DNA of 64,000 nucleotides. Origin: an uncultured Prevotellaceae bacterium (lineage in GTDB: Bacteria > Bacteroidota > Bacteroidia > Bacteroidales > Bacteroidaceae). The position numbers and the translations under genes were made by a program. The notes beneath the pieces were generated by a model, which worked only from the letters and a program-made list of their open reading frames with translations, did no database searches and was not told where the DNA came from. The stretch spans positions 1,939-65,938 of the forward strand of contig CACZDV010000009.1 of NCBI GenBank assembly GCA_902780025.1, in the 5' to 3' direction. Shown piece after piece: positions 1-10,700 of the stretch (position 1 is the stretch's first letter; every line of letters begins with the position of its first letter).

Positions 1-430
1 GAAGAAGGTTGTACTTCCTGTCCGACAAACAGAGCGCGTGGAAAGTCGTGAAGAACCGTCTGAGCTGGAAGCCGATAGCAATAAAAAGAATGAGGAATTG
101 CTGGAGCGCATCTGTCTGCTCATGGACGAACGGCAGATTTTCCGCAACAGCGAACTGAAGCTGGCAGACGTGACAGCAGCACTGGATTCCAACAGCCGCT
201 ATGTGACCGACTGCATCAAGGAGTGTCGCGGCTTGACCTTTACGCAGTTTGTCAATGAGTATCGTGTGGGCTACGTTCAACAACTCCTACGCCAGCATCC
301 CGACATGAAAGTTTTCGAGGCCTATACTGAGGCCGGCTTCACCAGTGAGCGCTCCTTCTTCCGCATCTTCAAGGACGTTACCGGCATGACTACGAGCGAA
401 TGGCTCAGCCACTTTGGCCATACGGGGTGA
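1..430 (+). CDS. AraC-family transcriptional regulator, C-terminal HTH (5' partial)
   Basis: Frame stays open to the window edge; LKLADV..LDSNSRY, FVNEYRV and AGFTSERSFFRIFK..TGMT are AraC HTH motifs. Confidence 0.85.
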   Translation, partial: KKVVLPVRQTERVESREEPSELEADSNKKNEELLERICLLMDERQIFRNSELKLADVTAALDSNSRYVTDCIKECRGLTFTQFVNEYRVGYVQQLLRQHPDMKVFEAYTEAGFTSERSFFRIFKDVTGMTTSEWLSHFGHTG

Positions 431-475
431 ATGAATATCGGCTAAATGGGTGAATGAAAAAGCCCATTACCCTGC

Positions 476-554
476 AAATCGACTGCCAAAAAACGTTTTG
501 GCAGTCGATTTTCCGTATTTGGCAGTCCTTTTTCGAGTAAAATTCCTATATTTG
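476..554 (+). promoter_or_regulatory. Inverted repeat plus TTTGGCAGTC direct repeats upstream of a -7 box
   Basis: AAATCGACTGCCAAAA (476-491) / TTTTGGCAGTCGATTT (496-511); TTTGGCAGTC at 497 and 518 (21-bp period); TATATTTG at 547-554. Confidence 0.6.
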
Positions 555-580
555 CCAATAGTTTTTAAAGATTACTGACT

Positions 581-3037
581 ATGAACAGAAAAAACATCTA
601 TTACTGGCTGCTGTTGCCAGTTCTGGCTCTGATGATGGGAGCCTGTGGTGAGTCGAATAACGATGAGGAACTCAGCAAACCCGACACACCTGTCACTCCC
701 GTTAATCCGGGCGACTGGCAGACCGTCCCCGCCAAAGGAGGTACCATAGAGAAAGGTGACATCGCTCTCACTTTCCCCGCCGGTACCTTTGACGCCGATA
801 CCAAAGTGGCTATTACAGAGGTAAAGAAAGGAAGTGTCGGAGGAGAATGCGAGGTCTCACCATTCTACCAACTGACGGTGTCCAATGCGACCAACAAGCC
901 CATCACTGTGAAGATGAAGGCCAAAGAGACAGATGACGGCAACGCTGAGTTCATGGTACAATCGCCCGCCTACAGTATCTCACAAAACCAGGATGTCACT
1001 AACGAGTGTACCTTAGAAACAAACTATATCGGCGGCGAGTATACAGCCAGCATCCCAACCCTCAACGAACCGGAAGACGAAAATCATGCCAGCTTTACGA
1101 TCGGTCTGTGCAGAAATCCCTATATTGATACTGATGAAACGAGACAGGTGACAAGAGCCTCTGATTCTTCTGATCCTGACTATATAGAAGGAGAGACAGA
1201 TAGTGTGAAATGGAAAGCGTATATCAATTATTCTAAGTTGAAGGACTTTAATGAAATACAATATAGGCATCTAAAAAAAAATCTTTCTAATTTAAAAGAA
1301 TGCATCAAGAGTTCCATCGAGCAGATTCATGAATTGGGCATAGAATGGCCTAGAAAGGATGTCCGCCTAAATTACAGGATTGAAAGTATGGGAGAAGGTA
1401 AATTTGGATGTTTTAACGCCAACTTTTTGAGTAGACATTGGGACTGTATTACAGTTAATGCGGGTTATGTATTGAATCCTCAAGACTTTCGAATTTTATG
1501 GAAGACTATCATGCATGAAACACTGCACAACTATCAGAGCTATTATAACCCGGGATGGGCCCCCAATCCATTACAAGACAATTGTGCTATGTATGAGATG
1601 GGAGCTGTCTGGATTGAAAAATTTACAAACGATGGAAAGTTAGACGGTTTTTTTCAGGTTACAAGTGGACTTCTTTCAACATTCAAAAACAATTTCAGAG
1701 TTGGCATTCCACGTGAATTAGATGAGGTATGGGGACTATATGGTACCGGAACTCCGTATGCCGAAATGGGTTATGCTATGGCTCCTTTGCTTTACTATAT
1801 GATTAGCAAAAACTATTCCCGTGGATTCACTGACAAATCAGTCGCAAGCCTCTACACCAAATACTGGAAAAAAGTAAGTAACGGATATTGCTTGATAGAT
1901 ATCCTGAATGAATGGTATAACGAGACATTCAAAGAGCATTTCTTTAACGACCAAGCTGAGCATGAAGATAATCTCAGTGACTACTATCTCGCTCTGTGGA
2001 AAGGAGATTTGATGGATTATTTTAATTTTTATAGAATCGCAAAAGGAGCTGAAGAAAAAGAAACGTATGCTGAAGGTGTGGTTATAGAGAAACTGAGTGA
2101 AAAGAACAGTACATTAAAACTTAACGGAACGGTGTATCCCTATGGATGCGAGGGAATGCTCTTCCAAATAGACCCAACCAGCTTTACAGAAGACATACTT
2201 AAGGAAAAAGAGATGGTTATCAAAGAGAAGAATGGTCATAAAACCTTTCTCCTCTATAAAGACGGAGAAAAGAATCTGCAATATTCCAAGATGATTGAAT
2301 CTAGTACTGACTCCATAACCGTTTCCGGCGAATTCCTCGCAGAATTACAAAAAAGAAATAAAAACAAAACTGTATTCTTCCTACTGACCGTCAAAGATGA
2401 CACCGGTGGACTTCAATTTAAAAATACTAATTATGCATATAAAACAGAATCAAGCGTTGAGTTGAGAGATGCGAAGAAAAAGGACACTACGTTCGAGCGT
2501 CTAAACTTCTGGATTTCCATGGAGTATACTTATACATATACCACTAAAAAAGAAACAAAAACTGAGGAATCGGGATACAGTTGCGACATTGACTTCCAGC
2601 CTGAACAGTTTAAAACGACGAAAAAGGGAGGTAACACATATACCGTTACAGCCAAGAGCGAAATAAATGGTATACAATACAGTCTGACGTTCTCTTATAA
2701 GGACGAAGGAAGAGACAGGTGGAACCAGATAACGATGAGTGACATCAAAGACATGGAGTTCAGTGCGATTCCTGTCAGTGATGACGCTAAATACATATAT
2801 GGTGCTGAAAACCAACACGAAATGGTGTCCTTCAAAATAGGGAATGACAGTCCAGGAGTAGAATACGATTATTATGATGAAGACAATTACGGCAACCGGT
2901 ACTTAAGTTGGTTCATTTCTCATGCCCAACTTTCTGACGTGACGATTACCTATATCAATCCCAACAAGAGCAATGTGGTTTTCAAGAATGCAATGATTAG
3001 CGTAAAAGCATATTATGAGTTTCACAAATATCATTAA
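581..3037 (+). CDS. Large lipoprotein with HExxH motif, putative zinc metallopeptidase
   Basis: Lipobox MMGAC followed by acidic residues; IMHETLH and downstream YEMGAVW. Confidence 0.65.
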   Translation: MNRKNIYYWLLLPVLALMMGACGESNNDEELSKPDTPVTPVNPGDWQTVPAKGGTIEKGDIALTFPAGTFDADTKVAITEVKKGSVGGECEVSPFYQLTVSNATNKPITVKMKAKETDDGNAEFMVQSPAYSISQNQDVTNECTLETNYIGGEYTASIPTLNEPEDENHASFTIGLCRNPYIDTDETRQVTRASDSSDPDYIEGETDSVKWKAYINYSKLKDFNEIQYRHLKKNLSNLKECIKSSIEQIHELGIEWPRKDVRLNYRIESMGEGKFGCFNANFLSRHWDCITVNAGYVLNPQDFRILWKTIMHETLHNYQSYYNPGWAPNPLQDNCAMYEMGAVWIEKFTNDGKLDGFFQVTSGLLSTFKNNFRVGIPRELDEVWGLYGTGTPYAEMGYAMAPLLYYMISKNYSRGFTDKSVASLYTKYWKKVSNGYCLIDILNEWYNETFKEHFFNDQAEHEDNLSDYYLALWKGDLMDYFNFYRIAKGAEEKETYAEGVVIEKLSEKNSTLKLNGTVYPYGCEGMLFQIDPTSFTEDILKEKEMVIKEKNGHKTFLLYKDGEKNLQYSKMIESSTDSITVSGEFLAELQKRNKNKTVFFLLTVKDDTGGLQFKNTNYAYKTESSVELRDAKKKDTTFERLNFWISMEYTYTYTTKKETKTEESGYSCDIDFQPEQFKTTKKGGNTYTVTAKSEINGIQYSLTFSYKDEGRDRWNQITMSDIKDMEFSAIPVSDDAKYIYGAENQHEMVSFKIGNDSPGVEYDYYDEDNYGNRYLSWFISHAQLSDVTITYINPNKSNVVFKNAMISVKAYYEFHKYH

Positions 3038-3058
3038 CTAACAAAAAGTAAAAAAACG

Positions 3059-3508
3059 ATGAAAAAGTATTTGTCAATTTGGGCTTTTGCCCTGATGGCT
3101 GTTTTCAGCTTTGTTGCCATATCGTGCGGAGACGATGACGATGATGACGAAATCCCAGGGGAAACAACGATTGTCGGAACCTGGGAAATTACCTCGAGTA
3201 ATTTCTCAACTCCCTATAAGGCGGGTGACGAAATCGCAGGATTTGAAATTGAGGATATTATTCAAGAGGACGGTCTGAAAGTAGGCGATCGTGTTACCTT
3301 CAATGCGGATGGCACATACAAAACCCGAAACGATACGGGCAAATGGAGTGTAAATGGAAATGTCTTGAGAATGGTATCTGACGAATTAGAAGAAGGCGAA
3401 GCTGTCGTCACATTCATGAACATCAAGAGCTTGACATCAACCAGACTGGAATTAATCCTTGATATCGAAGGCCTTATCAAGTATGAGGTGAAGTTCAAGA
3501 AAGTATGA
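3059..3508 (+). CDS. Lipocalin-like domain lipoprotein
   Basis: Lipobox AISC-GDDDDD; IVGTW, TFNADGTY and GKWSV motifs. Confidence 0.75.
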   Translation: MKKYLSIWAFALMAVFSFVAISCGDDDDDDEIPGETTIVGTWEITSSNFSTPYKAGDEIAGFEIEDIIQEDGLKVGDRVTFNADGTYKTRNDTGKWSVNGNVLRMVSDELEEGEAVVTFMNIKSLTSTRLELILDIEGLIKYEVKFKKV

Positions 3509-3573
3509 ACTCGGAGCGTTTCAACTCATACTGCATTTTGGTATAACCTTGTAATATCATTTACATGAAAATT

Positions 3574-3606
3574 CGGGCGAATCGTTTGGCGGTTCGCCCG
3601 CTTTTT
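3574..3606 (+). terminator. Intrinsic terminator
   Basis: CGGGCGAA...TTCGCCCG stem followed by CTTTTT. Confidence 0.6.
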
Positions 3607-3679
3607 CGTAACTCTGACTTCTTGCGTCCCATTCTTGCTTCCCGGTTTAGTTCCTTTTCAAAAAAAATCGCGAGAAAAG

Positions 3680-3711
3680 TTTGGCTGTTAGAAAAAAAAT
3701 GCGTACCTTTG
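3680..3711 (+). promoter_or_regulatory. Bacteroidota sigma70 promoter of rpsJ
   Basis: TTTG-N20-TACCTTTG. Confidence 0.8.
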
Positions 3712-3804
3712 CAGCCCGAAAAGTAAAAAGCACTGTCGTTGAGCAAATGACTCTTTAGCGGCAGCAACAAACAATAAACATTAAACAACAAACATTAAAC
3801 AACA

Positions 3805-4110
3805 ATGAGTCAGAAAATTCGTATTAAGCTGAAGAGCTACGACCACAAGTTGGTCGACAAGTCAGCTGAGAAGATTGTGAAGGCCGTCAAGGCTACTGGT
3901 GCCATCATCAGCGGTCCTATCCCTCTTCCCACCCACAAGCGTATCTACACCGTCAACCGCTCGACCTTCGTCAACAAGAAGGCTCGTGAGCAGTTCCAGC
4001 TGTCAGACTACAAGCGTCTGATTGACATTTATAGTTCAACAGCAAAGACTGTTGACGCCCTGATGAAGCTCGAACTCCCCAGTGGTGTTGAGGTTGAGAT
4101 CAAGGTATAG
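3805..4110 (+). CDS. rpsJ: 30S ribosomal protein S10
   Basis: [34 protein letters not shown]. Confidence 0.98.
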   Translation: MSQKIRIKLKSYDHKLVDKSAEKIVKAVKATGAIISGPIPLPTHKRIYTVNRSTFVNKKAREQFQLSDYKRLIDIYSSTAKTVDALMKLELPSGVEVEIKV

Positions 4111-4130
4111 TATATTTGATGTACTTTCAT

Positions 4131-4168
4131 AAAGCGACGCATCTGTTTTTCAGTTGCGTCGCTTTTTT
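4131..4168 (+). terminator. Intrinsic terminator after rpsJ
   Basis: AAAGCGACGCA...TGCGTCGCTTTTTT. Confidence 0.8.
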
Positions 4169-4221
4169 ATATAATACAGAGAAACAACGATATAGAAAAA
4201 TAAGGCAGTTGTAGTAGGGGA

Positions 4222-6126
4222 TTAGACTACAGGAAGCTCGATGATAAAGCGACATCCGTCGTGATAGTTGACATCAAGTGTGAGGTCACCACCCAGGTTT
4301 TGGGCATGACGTTTGGCAAGGGGAAGTCCGAGACCTAAACCTTCGGAGAGGTCATTGACCTTGGTGAAGAACTTGAAAATGAGGTCGCGGTCGGTTTCGG
4401 CAATAGTATTTCCTGTATTTTCAACAATAAAACGGATGGTGTTGGTAGATGAAAGGCAGACGTTGAGCGAGACGTTCTTGCCATCGGAATACTTGGCAGA
4501 GTTATAGAGTAGTTCACTCAGACTGCGCAAGAGGTAGACTTGGCTGGTGTGGATGCAGAAGTCGTCGGCCACATCGCTTTTTGTGTGGATATTGAGTTCG
4601 GGATAGAGCAATGTGATATAACTGATGGCTTCGTGAACCACATCGTTGCAGGATACTAAGTCTTGCTTGTGGGCATTAAGTTCCTCGGTAAAGCCTGTAT
4701 CTGAACTGTCGAAGAGCATTTGCAGCATACGGTTGAGCAGTTTTGAGTTGTGGTCCATCATGGCGGTGATACTTTTCATTTCCTCCTCTGGGAGCGCATT
4801 CTCCAGACCATTGCTCAAAACCTGGGCAAAGCCCATAATGATGTTCAGTGGCGTACGTATCTGATGTGATACGTTTTGTATGAAGGCTGTCTTCTGGCGG
4901 TCTGCCTCTTCAACTAATTGGGTTGCTTTGACCAATTCCTCATTACGCATCTTTGTCTGGCTGCTGCTGTAGCGCACCATACCCATGTGGATGTTGAGTG
5001 ACTGCAACATCGTTGCAAAGCTGTTCTGCAGGCGTCCTACGACATCAATGCGCTTGGTGTGCGGTATATAGACTTCCATGTTCCCCTCAGCCACGCTTTG
5101 TGACTTTTCAAGTAATTCAAGGAGGGGGTGTGTGGTCTGTGCGACAGTGTGGTAACAGAGTAGCAGGATGACGATCAATCCGACGATAAGCAGTGGTGCA
5201 ATGATGTAGGTAAGACGATGATAACCTGCAAGGACATCGCTGTCTGGACATACGATGGCCATGCTCCATTTAGTGCTTGGAACGGGTTGGTAGCAAACGA
5301 GACACGGTTTCCCGTTGATGATAACATTCATGCGTCCTTGGTTGCCTGCTGTCATCTCGTGTCCCAATGCGATGATGTCAGGGTTATTTCGTGGGTCAGT
5401 GTCGTCGTAGATGGTCTGTGTAAACAACTTTGTGGAGTCAGGGTGTATAAAATAGCGTCCGTCTTGGTCAATCATCATGAAGTACGAGTTGGGGTAGGGC
5501 TTTTCCTGTGACATGATCTTTGACAGGCGTCTCAGCGATAGGTCGGTAGAGATGATGCCTACTAAACGTTTGTTGGCATCGTACAACGGTTTGACATACG
5601 AAGCTATCATACCGTCAATTGTCAGTTCCAAAGAGTCGCCTTCATCGTAACAAGCCACCCAGCATGGTGCCTGAAGGTTGTGTGGTGTCTTATACCAGAT
5701 TTTACTGAAGTAGTCGTATTGTTCCTCAATGACCGTTGTAATCGTGTCTGTCTCCCTGACGGAATAGGCTGAGAAGTATCTTCCATATTGCGGGAAAACG
5801 TCGGGTTCAGTACTAATGGAGCATCCGTCAATGTGAGGATTCAGTCTCACAATGCGATTAGTGAAATTGAGCAGCGAATCAGGCTGTAGCGACTGCTCCA
5901 CCATCCAGCTATTGACATTGGTTGCCGTCTCAATGGTCATCAGGTGGCGATTTAACTGTTGCATGGTGGAATTCAGCACACTATTGGCGCGCCCCACAGC
6001 CTCAACGCGTATCATATATCGCGACTGGGTGAAGAGTACACCCAATGAGGCGGTGAAGATAAGCATAGCCAACAGCAGGATGCCGAGGCTGAGCTTCTTG
6101 CTGAGTGACTTACGTACGCCAATCAT
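4222..6126 (-). CDS. Sensor histidine kinase (TM-Cache-TM-HAMP-HisKA-HATPase)
   Basis: SHQIRTPLN H-box, NSAKY N-box, GLGLGL G2 box, two TM helices. Confidence 0.9.
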   Translation of the reverse strand: MIGVRKSLSKKLSLGILLLAMLIFTASLGVLFTQSRYMIRVEAVGRANSVLNSTMQQLNRHLMTIETATNVNSWMVEQSLQPDSLLNFTNRIVRLNPHIDGCSISTEPDVFPQYGRYFSAYSVRETDTITTVIEEQYDYFSKIWYKTPHNLQAPCWVACYDEGDSLELTIDGMIASYVKPLYDANKRLVGIISTDLSLRRLSKIMSQEKPYPNSYFMMIDQDGRYFIHPDSTKLFTQTIYDDTDPRNNPDIIALGHEMTAGNQGRMNVIINGKPCLVCYQPVPSTKWSMAIVCPDSDVLAGYHRLTYIIAPLLIVGLIVILLLCYHTVAQTTHPLLELLEKSQSVAEGNMEVYIPHTKRIDVVGRLQNSFATMLQSLNIHMGMVRYSSSQTKMRNEELVKATQLVEEADRQKTAFIQNVSHQIRTPLNIIMGFAQVLSNGLENALPEEEMKSITAMMDHNSKLLNRMLQMLFDSSDTGFTEELNAHKQDLVSCNDVVHEAISYITLLYPELNIHTKSDVADDFCIHTSQVYLLRSLSELLYNSAKYSDGKNVSLNVCLSSTNTIRFIVENTGNTIAETDRDLIFKFFTKVNDLSEGLGLGLPLAKRHAQNLGGDLTLDVNYHDGCRFIIELPVV

Positions 6127-7621
6127 ATTTCACACCTTCTTCATCCGAAATGTTTATCAAGTTCTTCAGCAGGTCGGCAATGGTTGCGCCATTCTGCATG
6201 ATGCTTTCTGCCAACTGTCCTGACTCTTGTCTGTCCTTACTGCGATTACAGAGTGCGCTGACGTCCCTGTCAATCGTATCGGCAGGAGCCAGCATCTGGT
6301 TTGTCATGTTGTGTAGGAACGCAGTTTTCATGCGGTCGGCCTTCTGTGCCCGCTTATAGGCAATCTTCAGTTCTTCGCCGTGCTCTTGTAGCTTGACTTT
6401 CAGTTGTTCCATCTCACCGATGTTGGTTGACAGTGTCTGTTGCATCTGCCTGAAGTTTTCCTGTAACCGTCCCACCTCATCGCCACGCTTGCTCATGGGT
6501 ATTTGCACATCGTACTGTCCGTTAGCAATGCGATGCGCCTCTCTGGTCAGCATATTCAATGGCATTAGTTGGCGGTGAATAACCAGTCGGCTCAGCACGA
6601 ACATCAGCAAAAGACCGACAGCAGCGATAATCAGCACGTAGTACATCAGACTATTATAGTCACCGAAGATGTCATCCTCAGGATATACGATGCCGGCACT
6701 CCATCCCAATTCTTCCGTTGATCGCCCTGGAACGGCTTTGCGTTTGAAGGGCTTGTAGAATACGTAGAAGTCCTCGTTATGCAGGCGGAACGGTTTGTAT
6801 CCTTCTTCACCCGACACCATAGCTTGTACGGCCTCTCGTGCTGACGGGTCAATCTCCTTTCCAGATAGTGCAATGGCTGTCTGTTGCATCAGTTTGCTGC
6901 TGTCAGGATGTACGATGAAAGTCCCTTCGTTATCCAGGAGTGTACTGTATGAGTTAGGTGATAGCTTTGCCTCCACCATGATAGTCGACAATACCCTTAA
7001 TGACACGTCAACGCCGATGACGCCGATGGGTTTTCCGTCACTGTCAGGAATGGGTAGGCTGAACGTCATGATAGGTGCTTCGTCTGAATCCTCCATACCT
7101 TTTAAGGGGTTCACCCATGTCGGTGCACCCGTTTCCATCGGTTTGGTGAACCATATCTGTTCCGTGTAAGGCAGGTCCCCGAACGTCTCGTCCTGCTCAA
7201 TACGTGAGCCGGCATAGGCTACACCACCGCTTTCGCCGCAATGCATATAGGCCATGAATAGCTTTCTGTCTTTGTAATAGTCCTCTTTGAAAGCAATGGC
7301 ACATCCTGCCACGTATGGGTTTGTCTCTACTAACTTTTGGCTGAATTCATACATCTTCTCTGGCTGAGTGATATAGGGCATCATTGCAAAATAGACATTG
7401 CCTGTCGACTGTTCTACGCTCAACAGAATGTTGTCAATGTGGGTCACCGTGCTCTCCAGCGTAGCCATTGCCTTATGTATTGTTTCCTCCTTGACTGCCT
7501 TTCTCGAATAATGTAGCATCACCGCCAATGATGCCATGAGCAGTATTGCCATAGCCATTACTACCATCAGACTGATACGCAGTGATAGATGTCTGTTGAT
7601 TAATTTAGTCAGTCGTAACAT
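6110..7621 (-). CDS. Cache/HAMP sensor with degenerate HisKA and no ATPase domain
   Basis: Paralogous to neighbour; H-box reads HNMTNQMLAP; ends soon after; start moved to ATG 7621, downstream of -7 box at 7632-7639. Confidence 0.8.
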   Translation of the reverse strand: MLRLTKLINRHLSLRISLMVVMAMAILLMASLAVMLHYSRKAVKEETIHKAMATLESTVTHIDNILLSVEQSTGNVYFAMMPYITQPEKMYEFSQKLVETNPYVAGCAIAFKEDYYKDRKLFMAYMHCGESGGVAYAGSRIEQDETFGDLPYTEQIWFTKPMETGAPTWVNPLKGMEDSDEAPIMTFSLPIPDSDGKPIGVIGVDVSLRVLSTIMVEAKLSPNSYSTLLDNEGTFIVHPDSSKLMQQTAIALSGKEIDPSAREAVQAMVSGEEGYKPFRLHNEDFYVFYKPFKRKAVPGRSTEELGWSAGIVYPEDDIFGDYNSLMYYVLIIAAVGLLLMFVLSRLVIHRQLMPLNMLTREAHRIANGQYDVQIPMSKRGDEVGRLQENFRQMQQTLSTNIGEMEQLKVKLQEHGEELKIAYKRAQKADRMKTAFLHNMTNQMLAPADTIDRDVSALCNRSKDRQESGQLAESIMQNGATIADLLKNLINISDEEGVKYDWRT

Positions 7622-7704
7622 ATATCGGGGACAAAGATAAGAAATCTTTTTGAAACTTCCAAATAAATTTGGTGGTATCATGGAAAAAGCGTATCTTTGC
7701 ACAC

Positions 7705-10700
7705 ATGGAAGACTTCATACATCTGCACGTACATACCTATTATTCTATTCTTGACGGACAGTCGAAGATATCGAAGTTGGTGGACAAGGCCATTGGCAAC
7801 GGCATGCGCGGCATGGCGGTCACTGACCATGGTGATATGTTCGGCATCAAGGAGTTTCACGACTACTGCATTGGTGTGAACAAGAAGCGTAAGGCCGAGG
7901 GCTTGGAGCCGTTCAAGCCTATCTTTGGATGTGAGATGTATGTGTCGCGTCATGGTTCAAAGTCATTGCGGCGTGGCAAGGAAGATCAGAGTGGTTATCA
8001 CCTCATTGTGCTGGCCAAGAACTACCAGGGTTATAAGAATTTGATTAAGTTGGTGAGTCGTTCGTGGGTGGACGGTTACTATATGCGTCCCAGAACTGAC
8101 CGTGAGGATCTGGAGCGCTACCATGAGGGGCTGATTGTTTGTTCGGCCTGTATAGCGGGTGAGGTGCCTGCCAAGATCCTGAAAGGCGATATGGCTGGTG
8201 CGCGCGAGGCAGTGGAGTGGTATCATCGTGTGTTTGGCGATGACTACTACCTGGAGCTGCAGCGCCACGAGGTAAAGAACCCCGCCCAGCGGGCCAACCG
8301 CGAGACGTTCCCCCTGCAGCAGCAGGCCAATGCTGTTCTTATAGAATTAGCCCGGGAGTACGGCATCAAACTCATCTGTACCAACGACGTTCATTTTGTA
8401 GATGAGGAGAATGCCGAGGCTCACGACCATCTGCTCTGCCTGTCGACAGGCAAGGACCTTGATGATCCTACTCGTATGCTTTACTCAAAGCAGGAGTGGT
8501 TTAAGACGCGTGAAGAGATGAACGCCATCTTCAGTGACGTTCCGGAAGCACTGAGCAACACCTTGGAAATATTAGATAAGGTGGAGATATACTCTCTGGA
8601 CCACGACCCCATCATGCCTTTCTTCCCCATTCCCGAGGAGTTCGGCACGGAGACCGAGTGGCGGCAGAAATTCACGGAAGAAGATTTGTTCCGCGAGTTC
8701 ACTACCGACGAAAACGGTGACAACCCGCTGCCCCGCGAAGAAGGTGAGAAGAAAATCAAGAAGCTCGGTGGTTACGATAAGTTGTATCGCATTAAGTTCG
8801 AGGCCGACTACTTGGCGAAGTTGGCATATGAAGGTGCCCATAAGAGGTATGGCGACCAACTGCCGAAAGAGGTTGATGACCGCATCCGCTTCGAACTGCA
8901 TATCATGAAGACGATGGGATTCCCCGGCTACTTCCTCATTGTGCAGGACTTCATCAACTCTGCCCGCGACGAACTGGGCGTGATGGTGGGACCGGGACGT
9001 GGATCGGCTGCCGGTAGTGTGGTGGCCTATTGTTTAGGCATCACCAAGATCGACCCGCTGAAGTATGACCTGCTGTTTGAGCGTTTCCTCAACCCCGACC
9101 GTATCTCACTACCTGATATTGATACAGACTTTGACGACGACGGGCGAGGCCGTGTGTTGAAGTGGGTGGAAGATAAGTACGGGCACGAGAACTGTGCCCA
9201 TATCATCACCTACGCTTCGATGGCTACGAAGAACAGCATCAAGGACGTGGCGCGTGTGGAAAAGCTGCCGTTGGCAGAATCGAACCGGCTGTGCAAGGCC
9301 ATTCCTGATCGTCTGCCCGATGTTGACGGTAAGACGCCGAAGATGAACCTGACAAACGCTATCAGGGCTGTGCCGGAGTTGCGAGATGCCGAAGCCAGTT
9401 CCGATCCTGTATTGGCAAATACCATCAAATATGCCAAGATGCTCGAGGGTACTGTCCGCGGTACGGGTATTCATGCCTGTGGCTTCATTATTTGTCGTGA
9501 CCCTATCAGCGATTGGGTGCCCGTCTCTACGGCTGACGATCCTGACTTCAAAGATACCAAGACCAATTGTACACAGTACGATGGTCACGTTATTGAGTCG
9601 ACAGGTCTCATCAAGATGGACTTTTTGGGACTGAAGACGCTGTCGGAGTTGAAGGAGGCTTGCGCCAACATCAAGCTGACACGCGGCATTGACATTGACC
9701 TTGACACCATTCCCATTGACGACCCCAAGACCTACGAACTCTATCAACAGGGACGTACCGTCGGTACTTTCCAGTTTGAGTCGGCAGGTATGCAGAAGTA
9801 CTTGCGCGAGTTGCAGCCGACGGTGTTTGAAGACCTTATAGCCATGAACGCCCTCTACCGTCCAGGCCCTATGGAGAAGATTCCTAATTTCATTGCCCGA
9901 AAGCACGGAAAAGAGGAAATCAAGTACGACATTCCCTGTATGGAGAAATACCTGAAAGATACGTATGGCATAACTGTCTATCAGGAGCAGGTGATGCTGC
10001 TTAGCCGTCAGTTGGCAAACTTCACCCGTGGTGAGAGCGATGCACTGCGTAAGGCGATGGGTAAGAAGAAAAAGGATATCGTTGACGCCATGAAGCCTAA
10101 GTTTATTGAGGGTGGAAAGGCTAACGGTCATGACCCGAAGATACTTGAGGAGATATGGAGCGGATGGGAAGCCTTTGCCTCGTATGCTTTCAACAAGTCG
10201 CATGCCGCCTGCTATTCATGGGTAGCCTACCAGACAGCCTATCTGAAAGCTAACTATCCTGCCGAGTTCATGGCCGCCATCATGAGTCGTCGTCGCGACC
10301 AGATAACTGAAATCACGAAGTTGATGGATGAGTGTAAGCAGATGGGCATTGATACGCTGGGCCCCGACGTCAATGAGTCGTATCAGAAATTCGGTGTGAA
10401 CCATAAGGGTGAGATACGCTTCGGATTGGCGGCTATCAAGGGATTGGGCGATTCTGCCGCTCAGGCCATTATTGATGAACGCGAGGCGAATGGCCCCTAC
10501 AAGACTATCTTTGACTTTGCCCAGCGTGTATCGTTTGCCAACGTCAACCGCAAGGCTTACGAGTCGTTGGCACTTAGCGGCGGTTTTGATTCCTTTGGCA
10601 TCCGTCGTGAAGAGTTCTTTGCTACGAATGCAAAAGGTGAGATGTTCCTCGATACGCTGGTGCGCTATGGACAGACCTATCAGACAGAAAAACAGCAGGC

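Noticed and set aside
9109-10203. 364-aa minus-strand ORF
   Set aside because: Antisense shadow of dnaE
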